Assembly: GCA_951406725.2 (NCBI GenBank) | Contig: OX597821.1 | Coordinates: 39,680,001 to 39,744,000 of the forward strand | Direction: 5' to 3' | Origin: Octopus vulgaris | Taxonomy: Eukaryota | Length of the DNA stretch: 64,000 bases | Shown here: piece by piece, positions 36,374 through 48,899 of the stretch | How positions within the stretch are numbered: the first letter of the stretch is position 1 | Layout: each line of letters opens with the position of its first letter | The notes under the pieces: generated by a model | The model's input: the letters and a program-made list of their open reading frames with translations, nothing else | Databases searched by the model: none | Told to the model about the DNA's origin: nothing | Translations under genes and position numbers: made by a program

Positions 36374-36754
36374 ATTAAAGATTAATAGAGAAGACGGAGT
36401 GTACCATAAAGGAATTTATTATCATGACAATTGTTTTGTCTTCATAGTGCACTACTCCTTAGTGAGCATGGAATGGTGCAATAACACCAAATGCAATGCA
36501 CAGCGCAAAGAAGACTCCTCAGGTGGAATAATATGGTTTTTAAGTACGGGAGTTTACATTTCAGTTTCCCTGTATTGAGAGATTCTAACATACTCATCTG
36601 AACTGATAGAATCTCTCAATACAGTGAAACCAAAATGTAAATCCTCACACAAAGTCTTCTTTGCACTAAGGAGCAGTGAACCATAAAGACGAAATGACTG
36701 TCATGATAATAAATTGCCTTTTGGTACACTTCGTCTTCTCCATTAGTCTTTAAT
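36374..36754. mobile_element. Fold-back (palindromic) MITE-like element 1
   Basis: attaaagattaatagagaagacggagtgtacc... pairs with ...ggtacacttcgtcttctccattagtctttaat. Inner arms ctgtattgagagattcta / tagaatctctcaatacag surround a ~19-nt loop. Confidence 0.85.
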
Positions 36755-36768
36755 ACATACATATATCC

Positions 36769-36799
<31 letters not shown>

Positions 36800-36855
36800 C
36801 ATTTATATACATACATATATATGTGTGTTTGTGTATGTATATATATATATATATA

Positions 36856-37754
36856 TTTGGTCATCCCATAAATAATGCAGTTTTTTCAATACTATGAACT
36901 AAATGTCAGGTGGGGGATGAGATAAACTACCTGCATCAACTTGCTATAAAAGCATGTTGTAATTTTAATTTGTCCTTATTCTTAGTGCAAGTTTTGAAGA
37001 GTGCAGTTTGATTTTAACAGCTATTTTTTCAAAGTTATAATGGAAATGACAAAGAATATTTGGCATATTTTGCTTTATGAGTTTAGTAAAGACAAGGCAA
37101 TGAAAAGTGCAAGGAATATTAATGCAGCATATGAGGATTGGACAATAAGCAGAAGCCAGTGTCAACAGTGGTTCTAGAAATTCCGACCCAGAAACTACAG
37201 CCTAGAAGACGAGCTTCATGCTGGAAAATCTGTAGAGCTTGACGAGGATGTCCTGCAAACCCTGGTGGAACAAAATTCCATTGTAACTGTTGAGGATTTA
37301 GCAGAGAAGCTTGGACTTGGTCATTCAAGTCAAGCTAGAAGGAAAATAATCTTTGGTTTCAAGACAAACGGTGTTCTTCCATCAGGGTAATGTTTGCCCA
37401 CATACAGCGAGAATGACATTCCAAAGGTTGGAGCAGTTTGAATGGGAAACGATGCCCTCCCCACCATATTTGCCAGTCATTGCCCCATCTGATTACCATT
37501 TATTCTACAATCTTCAAAATCATTTGGATGGAAAAAATTGGTATTCTGCAGATGAGGTCAGAATAGTACCGGAGGAGTATTTTTCATCAGGGACAAGTGA
37601 ATTTTGGAAGAGGAGCCTTGCAAGTCTACCAGATAGATGGATGAGCATTGTAGAAAATGCAGGAGAGTATGTTTCAGATTAAAAAAGAACTTTGTTCATC
37701 TTAATTTTGAAAAATAATAGTATAAAAAAAGACATTATTTATGAGATGACCCAG
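36856..37754 (+). mobile_element. Internally deleted mariner (DD34D) transposon with decayed transposase
   Basis: TIRs tttggtcatcccataaataatg / cattatttatgagatgacccag with TA TSD. N-terminal HTH (HILLYEF...QCQQWF.KF..NYSLEDE) is joined to FFHQGNVCPHTA...PPYLPVIAPSDYHLF (ORF 37353..37682). Confidence 0.92.
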
Positions 37755-37757
37755 TAT

Positions 37758-38183
37758 ATAATAACAATCCTTGGATGGAATTTATAAACTTTTAATGCAC
37801 CACTATGCACATTTCCCCAAACCACATGTCTCTTAAGATCGCAGTCTGTAGTATCCGTGGGTGTCGGGTTGGTCATCTTCACACATTCATTTCTTCAGGT
37901 GACATAACATTCATGGATGTTCAACAGAGGGATGCTTATCCCTTTTTACCAGAATGAAGGTTATGTGATTCTAACCAGTCGATCTCAAGAGTTGCCTACG
38001 ATGCTATCACTTGAAGGAATGAATCTATGAAGATGATCAGCCCAATAGCCATAGATACTATGGACTACACTGTAATCATCTCAGCAATACGGACGGAGAT
38101 CTTAAGAGACATACAATTTGTGGAAATGCGCATAGCAATGCATTGAATGTTTATAAATGCCATCCAAGGATTATTGTTATTAT
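37758..38183. mobile_element. Fold-back (palindromic) MITE-like element 2
   Basis: ataacaatccttggatggaatttataaac...atgtctcttaagatc pairs with gatcttaagagacat...gtttataaatgccatccaaggattattgttat; centre near gggatgcttatccc (about 37935). Confidence 0.85.
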
Positions 38184-38342
38184 CAAATTTATCCTACATT
38201 ATATCAGTACAGCTCAACGCAACCCCCAAAAATTGGTCCACCAGTCAGCATCTTTGGACTGTGGCCAGCATAATGGAATAGGAGCTTTATTTGCATATTC
38301 AAAACGTTTCCCATATATATATATATATATATATACATATAT

Positions 38343-38552
38343 ATCATCATCATCGTTTAATGTCCGCTTTCCTTGTTAGCATGGGTTGGACGATTTGACA
38401 GAGGTCTGGTGAACCAGATGGCTGCACCAGACTCCAATCTGATCTGGCAGAATTTCTACAGCTGATTGCCCTTCCTAACGCCAACCACTCCGTGAATGTA
38501 GTGGGTGCTTTTACATGCCACCGGCATGAGGGCCAGTCTGATGGTACTGGCA
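38343..38552 (-). mobile_element. Family-C (RTE) 3' end
   Basis: catcatcatcgtttaatgtccgctttcc...gcccttcctaacgccaaccactcc...gtgggtgcttttacatgccaccggc. Confidence 0.9.
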
Positions 38553-39686
38553 TATATATATATATCATTAGACAGTATCATTAGATGATAGCCAGCATAA
38601 TAAAATAGGAGCTTTATTTGCATACCTTTAACATTACGATAAATTAATTTAAAAGTTATATACATATATATATTATATGTAGTCATTGGTTATAGCTGGG
38701 GTCAGAAAGTTACCATTAGTTTCATGACTATTATTGTTCTTAGCAGTATAGGTGACTTGTCAGATCTACTGGACCAAAGCACATAACCTTTCTCTCCATA
38801 TATATATTGTAGATCTGAAAACTTTAATTTTGGAAGAATGCTTTTCTTTATTCATACTGCACTGATTAACTGACTTAGTAATGTCTAATCCTGTTTTTCA
38901 TTAATACTTCAAAAATCTAACTTAATTACTTCAATCATTTTTAAGTGTTTCTTCCTTTACATATACCACAATATCTACCACATTTGTGTGACAACAATTC
39001 AGTCTTCAGCATATATCTTCTGATCTCTTTCTAATCTAGACATCTTATCTGTTATATACTTCAGTGAACGCCTTTAATGTCCAGCTGTTTCCCCTAATAA
39101 TTTCAGAGAATTATTTAGAAAAGTATGAGATTCTTTTTTTCTTTGATTCGCCGAAAGAAATATGGAAATAAGACTTACATAGCAACATAATACTGTTAAC
39201 CAATTTTTACAATTACACAATACCTTACTCAGAATCCATATTTCCGTTTCCATCTTTCTCCAGTTATTCTCATCCTTTAATACTTCCGTTATAAACCCTT
39301 ATTCTATTGAAAACTTTATAATTCAGTTTCTCTTTCAATCTTTTCTTATTACTATCATTGCTTTCCAGCCTCGTTTTATGATTTCATTCTTTTCATATCA
39401 ACCATTCCTATTATTTTACCTTTTTCTATTGGTTTTCTTTGTCATCGGAAGTATGTTATATTCTTAACATACGGAATCTGTTGTGGAATTACCTTTGAAA
39501 ACTGCTTGGTTCTCTTTAATTTCAATCTTCTTGGTCAATATGGTACTGCAAGAGAAATCCCTGTTTCTTTGACCCTTTCATATCATAAAACTATCTCAAC
39601 AAACCATACTTATTTATATACTTTCCTATTTTCCTTTCCTGGAAACTTCTCTCTTCATCTCAGAAAGGAAAAATCCTTAGTTGCCA

Positions 39687-39865
39687 TTGTTGTGGGTTAG
39701 CCCTGATTGGCTCTGATCAAGCAGACTTGTATTCAAAGAAGTTCCAGCCACAAACATCCTGACTCTTTTCAGGCATAATGTATGTAGGAGTACAATGTGC
39801 CACCCATTCTTTGCTTTTCAAATTTTCTTGAGTTGGTATGATGTGATATGAGGGAGATTTGGCTC
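39687..39865 (+). repeat. Dispersed repeat family E (unclassified)
   Basis: gccctgat...caagcagac...caaag..ttccagcca...gagggagatttggct. Related copies at about 6040, 7210, 7970, 8440, 14630, 15215, 28760, 44555, 46385 and 51040. Confidence 0.6.
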
Positions 39866-39874
39866 TCTCTCTTT

Positions 39875-40094
39875 CTCTTTACACTTTTACTTGTTTCAGT
39901 CATTTGACTGTGGCCATGCTGGAGCACCACCTTTAGTCGAATCAAATCGACCCCAGGACTTATTCTTTGTAAGCCTTGTACTTATTCTATCAGTCTCTTT
40001 TGCTGAACCGCTAAGTTACAGGGACCTAAACACACCAACATCAGTTGTCAAACGATGTTGGGGGGACAAACACAAATACACAACATATACACAC

Positions 40095-40145
<51 letters not shown>

Positions 40146-40320
40146 TATACATATATACGATGGGCTTCTTTCCCTTTTCGTCTACCAAATCCACTCACAA
40201 AGCTTTAATCAGCCTGAGGCTATAGTTGAAGAGACTTGCCCAAGGTGCCACGCAGTGGGACTGAACCCAGAACCATGTGGTTCGTAAGCCAGCTTCTTAC
40301 CACACAGCTACTCCTGCGCC
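39875..40320 (-). mobile_element. SINE family B, full length
   Basis: Minus strand ggcgcaggagtagctgtgtggtaagaagc...gggttcagtcccactgcgtggcaccttgggcaag, internal (TA)n, then ggtgctccagcatggccacagtcaaatgactgaaacaagtaaaag. Confidence 0.92.
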
Positions 40321-40654
40321 TGTTAGTTTTAGCAATTTAATCAACCATGTTAAGGCTCCTTTATAGCCATATGGTAACTGGGTAAAATAAATACAGATAG
40401 AGTCGCAATAGTCAATATTCTAAGAGCAATATTGATCACTAATCACTGGGCAATTCATTAAAAATTGCTTCATGTGAATTTAATATTCCTGATTGTCATG
40501 GACAACAGACAAAACTTCTTTCCCATTCAGGTTTTAGAGAGAAACAATGGTCAATAGACCCATAATCTTATACGGGCCAGTAGAGTCCATAAACATATTT
40601 GGCCAACTTTAGTTTCGGTGCTACTAGTTTGATTTAAAAGTGTTTGTTATCATT

Positions 40655-40805
40655 AATTCCGCCGAGCTCAACTTTGCCTTTCATCCTTTTGGGGTCGATT
40701 AAATAAGTACCAGTTATGCACTGGAGTCAATGTAATCAACTTAATCCCTTTGTCTGTCCTTGTTTGTCCCCTCTATGTTTAGCTCCTTGTGGGCAGTAAA
40801 GAAAT
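40655..40805 (+). mobile_element. SINE family A, 5'-truncated
   Basis: aattccgccgag...ctttgcctttcatccttttggggtcgat...taatccctttgtctgtccttgtttg matches 32720-32857. Confidence 0.85.
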
Positions 40806-41273
40806 ATATCCTTGCTCATGAAATCCTTACTGATTCCAGAGACAGGACCTATTTTTGGTCAATCATGATTGCAAACTCAGTCAAATTCCTTGGTTTACCA
40901 AATATCATCCTTTGACATGAAAAGCCTGTTTAATTAGGTATTTGCTCACCTTTATGTCACACAAAAATGCTGAGGGTCACAGACAAATAAACCATTTTGA
41001 ACATTTCCATTCATAAGACAGCTAACCAGGAATTTGAAGTGCCAGGTAATATCATCATCATCATCACCACAACCACCACCACCAGCAATGGCAGCAGCAC
41101 CACCACCACCATCCTCCTCACCCCAACTCTCATCATTGTCGTTGTCATCATCATCAGTACATCAACTGCTGCCAAACCCATATATATACAAAGTATAAGA
41201 AAAGGAAAAATTATATATACAGGTGTAGACGATCTTTAATTCAAATCAAAGTTAGTACAAATCCAATATATAT

Positions 41274-41629
41274 ACTTGTTTCAATCATTTGACTGCAGCA
41301 TACTGGAGCACCACTTTTAGTTGAACTAATCAACCCCAGCATTTATTCTTATACTTTTTCTATCAGTCTCTTTTGCCAAATCACTAAGTTACTGGGATGT
41401 AAACACACCAACATCAGTTGTCAAGCGATGGTAGGGGGACAAACACAGATGCACAAATACATATATGTATATGTATATATATGCATATATATGCATATAT
41501 ATATATTTATATATATATATGATGATAATGTGTGTGTGTGTGTGTATGTATGTATATATATATGTGTGTGTGTGTGTATTTGTGCATCTGTGTTTGTCCC
41601 CCTACCATCGCTTCACAACTGATGTTTTA

Positions 41630-41692
<63 letters not shown>

Positions 41693-41720
41693 ACAAGCTT
41701 CTTTTAGTTTCCGTCTACTA
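41274..41720 (-). mobile_element. SINE family B lacking its head, with expanded internal microsatellites and an inverted internal segment
   Basis: aacatcagttgtcaagcgatggtagggggacaaacacagatgcacaaatac (41410-41460) recurs inverted as gtatttgtgcatctgtgtttgtcccctaccatcgcttcacaactgatgtt (41576-41626). Confidence 0.8.
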
Positions 41721-42974
41721 AATCAAATCCATCTACAAAAACAAAGTAAACATAAAAATAGGGTTATACAACAGCAGCTACAATTGGAACCAGTTGTGGA
41801 CAGGATCAGGTGAGGCCACATTTAATTCAAGAGTAAAACTACTCTTCTGGATGGATGTGCATCTTAGTGGTAAACAACTAGAGTTATGAAAAATGGATAT
41901 TCTCTTACTTGAAATGTTCTTATATCTCACTAAATTAATATAGTTTTCTGAAAAAGAGCAGAGAAGTGATGCATGAGCTCTTAAAACAGTTTCTTGACTT
42001 TCTTTCTACATAATGTAATGAATGGAGTGTAATAAAGTACAATCCCAAGCAATATAATTGTTTTAAATTACTATCCTGTTTTAAATTTATGTGATGAGAA
42101 AATAATTCTTTCTTATCACTTATTTTAAGAAAAAAATTACAAAAGAGTTACAAATGCTGAAGTTAAAATACACATATTGGGAAATAGCTCAATTCTGGCA
42201 TTTATAATAATGTATGTTTGAAGTTTTCTACAAATATAACTTTAGGAATAAACTAAAATGAATGAATAAAAAAAATTGCCATGATAAAGAATATGCTGTG
42301 AAGAACACCATATTGAAAAATCTAATGGATTTGTTGCGAGTGGAAAATGAGAGAATAATCAAAGGAAAACTGATAGAAATTGTGCACAACAATTTCAGAT
42401 AGCTTGGTTACTTGCTAAAACCTTTTACTGTTCTGTGTTTTTTTGTGGGGTTTTTTTTTTCACTAAATAAACTTGAAAGAAGAATTAGTATTCTGATCTC
42501 AACAGAATAATGAGCATGTGGATAAGATAAATATAATTACATTTTCTTACTCTAAGTATTTTCATTTAAAATTATTCTTAAATGCATCATACAAATGTTT
42601 GATTTAGTAACATACTTAGGCAACAGACTTGTTTTATTATTAGAATATTGGAAAAACAGGAAAAATTCTAAAATAACATTAAAACAAATAATATGTTCCA
42701 TGCCATATTTGTTTGTGATTGTTAAGAACATTTAAAATTTGAATAAAATGCCAGCTGAAAATTTGAATAGTGATTACCACACTGCCAAAATATTGCTTTA
42801 GATTTAGTGTAGAATAAAAGAATTATGTTTCTGAAAGAAGATTGTTGAAGGATGGGGGTTTACATTGCTTGTCCAAGAATTTAAAGAGCAACAAGTGATA
42901 ACTATTAATCTAAATGAAAAGAGAACAAGACTACACGTTATTATATTAAGTGGGAAAATTTATTATATAAATCA

Positions 42975-43323
42975 GAATGGAAATTGTAGTTGTGATACCA
43001 GTGGCATGTAAAAGAACCATTCGAACGTGGCCATTGCCAGCGCCGCCTCGACTGGCCTCCGTGCCGGTGGCACGTAAAAAGCACCAACTGATCGTGGCCG
43101 TTGCCAGCTTCACCTGGCACCTCTGCTGGTGGCACATAAAAAGCACCCACTACACTCATGGAGTTGTTGGTGTTAGAAAGGGCATCCAGATGTAGAAACA
43201 CTGCCAGATCAGACTGGGCCTGGTGCAGCCTCCTGGCTTCCCAGACCTCGGTCGAACCGTCCAACCCATGCTAGCATGGAAAGCATACATTAAACAAAAA
43301 TGATGATGATGATGATGATGATG
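42975..43323 (+). mobile_element. Family-C (RTE) 3' end with tandem hairpin units
   Basis: Repeated ggca(c/t)(g/a)taaaa..cacc units, then tagaaagggcatccag...ccaacccatgctagcatggaaagc and (GAT)n. Confidence 0.9.
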
Positions 43324-44172
43324 AGAACACATAGAGATATTGGTGAAATAGATAAATAAATAGAGATATTGATAGGTAGATAAATATAGAGAGATAGGTA
43401 TAGGAACTGGTGAAAAAGAGGATGATGAGAAAAAGAAGAAGAGGAACTTAGTATAGCAAGAAATGAATCAAAATGAATGAGCAATGGTATGTAAGCTTCT
43501 TATAAGAAGCTAAGGAGATGTAATATGGAGAAAACAGGATTAGAGTTGCAGAGAGTTGCATTTGTGTGTTGGCAGAGGAAATAAAGTAAGAAAGAGTGAT
43601 ATGGGAATGCTGGATGGGGAGTAAGGTGTAATGTATAGTAAGAAAGAGGAAAGAAGCGAAGAGCAGGGGATTTGTTAATGTAGCACTCTGTTATGATGAA
43701 AGCTCTGAATTACACAAATTAGTCATTACACTATGTGTTTACTGGAATCAAGATGACACTGAAACAGTGCTGGATACTTACTATCAAAGATAGAAACACA
43801 TAGGAAAGTATTAAATAAGGAACATTAGTGAAGTAGCAATTTATCACTGGTATCCCAAGTGGATTAAAGAGGAATGTCTTAAAGTCATTTTCAGCAAGGT
43901 TATATGAATAATTAAAGCAATAAATACACGTTAAGTTGGAAGTTCATCAGAGATTGTTACTGGTATATTAACAGTATCTGCTATATGGTTATTAAGCTCT
44001 TTACTAACTTAATCAGAAGGTACAGTAAAGTACTATCATAAACTACATTAACTGAACACATATTACATCAATATACACCCTTGAAATAACATTATGTATA
44101 ATATTTATAATGAATATACAAACATTAAACAGCACCAACTGTAATAATTTGTCTCAGAGAAACTTCTCTTAA

Positions 44173-44345
44173 CTTTTTGTTACCATTCTTCTGCTGAAGT
44201 ACACTATCTTGTTTCAATTAATTTTGAAAATAATGAAGAATTTATCAAAATAATTTTGTCATTATTATGCGGGTATTTGAAACATAAATGAACATAAAAT
44301 TGTTGATGTTGTAGGACCATGGGTATACCATGGGTATAAAAAGGG
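44173..44345. mobile_element. Possible piggyBac-type MITE
   Basis: Bounded by TTAA (44169 and 44346); right end aaaaggg-ttaa, left end a decayed ttaa-cttttt. Confidence 0.4.
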
Positions 44346-45866
44346 TTAAGTGATATTTCATTTTAAAAACTGCTAATTTAGAATGATGTCAACAGATCAT
44401 CAGACACCAGTGTTTTAGTTTGATTAAGCCTTCTCAGTGACAGTCATATTGCAATTGAGCAATGGATGACAACTGAAAGTCATGATAGTACCATAAACAA
44501 TTTGAGTTCATAAAGAACAGGTTTGGCTGAGAAGTGTTGGTGGTGGTGTGGTCTTCTTTGGTCCTAAATCAATCCTGACAGAATAAACCTATGATCAAAA
44601 GCATGCCAGCCAGGACCATCCCATCTACATCCACAATAACCAGTATGTCCTTTCCTTTTTAAGACTGTCAGTTGCAATTCAAGGGTTTTTGCCTGCTTTT
44701 ACTAAAGTTCCCTTTTTAGCTTATTAGATTGGTGTAGTTCGGGTTTGTACCTGCCCATAGAACCAAATGAGTTGCCATGTTTCTGGTGAAATAACAATAA
44801 AACAGGCTCTATGCAGACAAGGATGAAACAAACGTGTTTACTTTTTGCATCAGAAATAAAGTTCAACAATGTTTTGAACACTGGCGTTTTGTAGTGGAAA
44901 CCCAGTGCAATACTAATTTACTGTAGAAGTTGTGTAAAGTATATATGAAAGTACAACTAGCAAATTTAAGGTTGAATGGGAACTCATTTAGTAAAAGAGT
45001 TTTTGCTAATACTTTGATCTGAGGCCAAGCAAAGATTTAAAATGTGAGATACACATTTTGATTGCCCGGGTATTTTGACACTGCTTCTAGTTATTCACTT
45101 CTCTTTCCTTATAGTCTTATACCTTTGATCTTAAAGCCCTATTTTCTAGTATCCCACCATTCAGTTGCTATTTAACCTGATCCATTTATATAACTACTCT
45201 GTGGCTTCTAGCTAATAGTTCCTTAAACATTCCCAGCTATTTTCCATTTTATAGGCCTTAACATTGTTCTCCAATCAAAATACACACCACTTTGTGCTGC
45301 TGTTTCAAAATTTCACATTTCATCTTCTAAATCTCCTTTTTCTTACTTATCAGACTTTGCTGAGCCCTAAATTTAAAATTGTTAACCACTTTTATCCCTC
45401 AGAAAAGTATTGGATTTTAAAATCCTCGACCCAATTTCTTTTATCATAAGCTAAAAAACAAAACTCAATTTATCAGGTGACTAAATACCAGCTTTGTTAT
45501 CAGAAGGTCAGCTTAAACAATTGTTCAGTCATTATGTATATCATAAAAGTTGAGCAGGTTTGGTCCATGTTTACCTATGTCCAACTATGCACACCATTGT
45601 ATTCATTCTGATTTTTCCTTACTTGACCCCTAATGGTCAGCTATGATGGCGATATTCTTTCATTAATTCTTGAGGGCTCCTACCAAAATGTTTCAAAGCC
45701 TTGATTTTTTCTGTTGCTCCACCAGTTCTACTAAAGACAGAACTTAGATGCTATTATGTTGCCTACAGCTTGTGTGAATATGCTGAGTTCTAATATTACA
45801 GTTTTCAGTTTTCAAAACAATGTGCCATGTTGCACAGTTAACAGGTTATCAACACTGCTTATAAAA

Positions 45867-46372
45867 ACCTGTTGGGGCAAGTGAAATCGAAATTGAACCA
45901 AATTCGATGACTGGCACCCATGCCAGTGGAGCGCTAACAGGTCCATCCAAGCAGGATCACTGCCAGGGCGGCTGTCTGGCTTCCATGCCGGTGGAATGTA
46001 AAAAGCACCATTTGAGTGTGAGTGTTGTCAGTGTCATCTCACTGGCACTTGTGCAGGTGGCACATGAACAAAACATTTGAGTGCGGTTGTTGCCAGTGCT
46101 GCTGGACTGACTCCTGTGCAGGTGGCATGTAAAAAACACCATTTTCAAGTGTGGCTATTGTCAGTACCACCAGACTGGCTCTCATGCCGGTGGCACTTTA
46201 AAAGCACCCACTACACTCTCGGAGTGGTTGACATTAGGAAGGGCATTAAGCTGTAGAAACTCTGCCAGATCAGATTGGAGCCTGGCGCAGCCATCTGGTT
46301 CCCCAGTCCTCCATCAAATCGTCCAACCCATGCTACCATGAAAAGCAGACGTTAAACAATGAGGATGATGAT
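45867..46372 (+). mobile_element. Family-C (RTE) 3' UTR with about 4 tandem hairpin units
   Basis: ~65-bp units ending gtggcatgtaaaaa(g/a)cacca; terminal tail and gatgatga. Confidence 0.9.
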
Positions 46373-48899
46373 CCAACAGTTGTTGTTGTTTAGTTCTATG
46401 TCATCCTTGATGGAGCAAAACCTATGATGAAAGACTTTCCATCCATGACTCCCTACCTCTGTCTTTTTGAGAGTATGTCTACTTTTCTAGAGAAAGGTTT
46501 GGCAATTGTTTCTAGCAGGCAACCACATAGAAGTTTCTTTATTGATTTATTCAATCCCAACCAGAATGGATTGGTATCTTTATTCCATATCAACACAACC
46601 AGAGAGATTGTCTTATAGGACTAAGGCCCATTTTCACCTTGTATAATTTTCAATTTAGACAAGTTGCTTTCCTAGGTACCATCACTCTGGATTATGGAAT
46701 CCTTAATGCACTTATTAGTTTCTTTAAAGGCACTTTAATATATGGTTTGCCTTGGAGAGAATCCAATTTCTTAGAAGGGTTATATTCATGGTAGTTAGAG
46801 GAATCTCATTCCTTCTTGGTTGGTTGGTAATTGGATTGGATGAAGAGGGAATCAGTGCTTACCATTTTGTTGCTTCTTCAGTGTAAGGATATTAGTGAGA
46901 TGGTCTGTTTTACCCAATGGAAGCGATGGAGAGGATGTGAAAGTATTTGTAGTGACATCAAGACAATCACATAGGAAGAAACCAATTGATTGTTCTCAGT
47001 TTCAGGCAGAAATGATTAAAGCTTTATTAAGTATTTATTTGTTTCACACAGAATTCACAAGAGTTATCAGATATGAAATGTCTATATTTTCTGTTTATCA
47101 TATATATATAGAGATTTGAGGCAGTCCTCAAAGATTTTAAAATTATGTAATCAGAAAAGAAGCAGCCGATTAGCATGAAAAGAATTAAGGTCAAATCTAA
47201 GATGTTGTGATTCCACCTGTTTCTTCATATCATAAAGTCTTAGAACGACAATTTTAGTGCTACAAATGCTACAGTGTACCAATTTAAAGATGAATTGAAA
47301 TTGTAAAACTATGAAACATGCTGGTTCTGTGCAGGAAGAAAACAAAACAGAAAAAAGCTTGAGTTGATTTAAAGATGTGAAATTTTTAAATTTTATCTTT
47401 TTTAGTTTTTGACAACAGAAACCAGCATTCAATTTGATGTAATAGAATTTTCTTGTAATTGTGGCAAAACTGAAGAATGCAGCAGAACAAAGCAAACCAA
47501 ACATTATATCTGATTATTGAAGTTTTTTATTCTTGAATCAAGTGATTCCAGATAAATATTAGAACAACTGAATTATTTATTTTCCAAAGGAATTCACAAT
47601 TCATCTTCAGATTAATTTATTACAAAGAAAGGTAAAAATTAAAATTTCACTCTAGAAATGTAAAGGACAACTATTATAGGATTTGTTTTTAGTTCAATTC
47701 CTCCAGCTTTTGTAAAATTCTTCTGTGATGTTTGTCTATAACCAATCATACTTTACATAAAATGATTTCTTGAATCCAAGAAGCACCCAACAGAAAGTTT
47801 TTCAGAAAGGAAAACAAAAAATAAGCAAAATGAAATATTGAAATTGGGAAGTAAAATCTAAGTTAAAATATTTTGATAAAATGTTATAAGGCAAAACTAA
47901 ACAAAACCATTTGAAATATCACTGAAATAACATTTAGATATTGAATAGATGTGTTTTGCTATTGAAATAAAGAAACGATAGCATTCTTTGAAGTCCATCC
48001 ATCAATTTAGAAAATAACTTTTCTTTATTGATTTGTCACAATCTGGGTGATAGTTTCCATCTTTTAGACCCACGTATTATTATCTTTTTTCCGTTTGAAA
48101 ACAAAAGCAAAACTAATTGTCACTTTGCATAACTGACATATGAGAATGTTAAGTGAAGTTGATAGTTTTTTGAGCTTTTACTCATCTGGTTGCAACTCTG
48201 CTGATGAAATTCCCAACAGTACAATGGCAAGATTGCAGAGTTATATTCAGCCATGTATATTTTGCAGTAATATATTTGCAAACAGCAATTACATTTCTGT
48301 TATTGGACAAGAAGCTGTAGTTTCTCTCGACTATTTGTAATGCTAGTTTGTGTTAGGTAAAATTTCATTTGCAAGTATTTGCATGTACGCAACTTACACT
48401 GGCCACTCATCAATGAGATAATTCAAATAATACATCCGTGCAGAGAAAAGCTTTTTACAAGATTTTCAATCATGGTATGAGAAAGGTATATTGGTCACTT
48501 CAACACTTCACTTCCCATCATTTTGAGAAACAAGAAAAAATTCCTAAAACATAGAAAGAACCAGAAGCAACTGTCGATTTACATGGACAAGTATCTGCAG
48601 AGCATTGATAGCTATAAACACTCTTGTAGAAATTACCAAAGAACAGACATAGCACAAAATTTGAAATATTCAGTATTTTCATGTTTAATGTTGCTGCAGG
48701 CTGAAACGGTGAAGAAATATATGCCAAGTTCTCAGAAGTATCACCTAAGTTTCAGTTTTGGTATATTTTCGCATCATTTGGAGTATGTTTGATTCTAATA
48801 ATTGTTCATTTGTTGAGGAGGAACAGATCATAGCTACACAGAAAATATTGTTCCGATCATTGAGTACCAAGATCGATAACCAAAGATTTTTCAACCTGT

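Noticed and set aside
37353-37682. Functional or domesticated mariner transposase
   Set aside because: The central region, including the first catalytic Asp, is deleted, the HxDNA motif reads HQGNV, and the N-terminus is frameshifted
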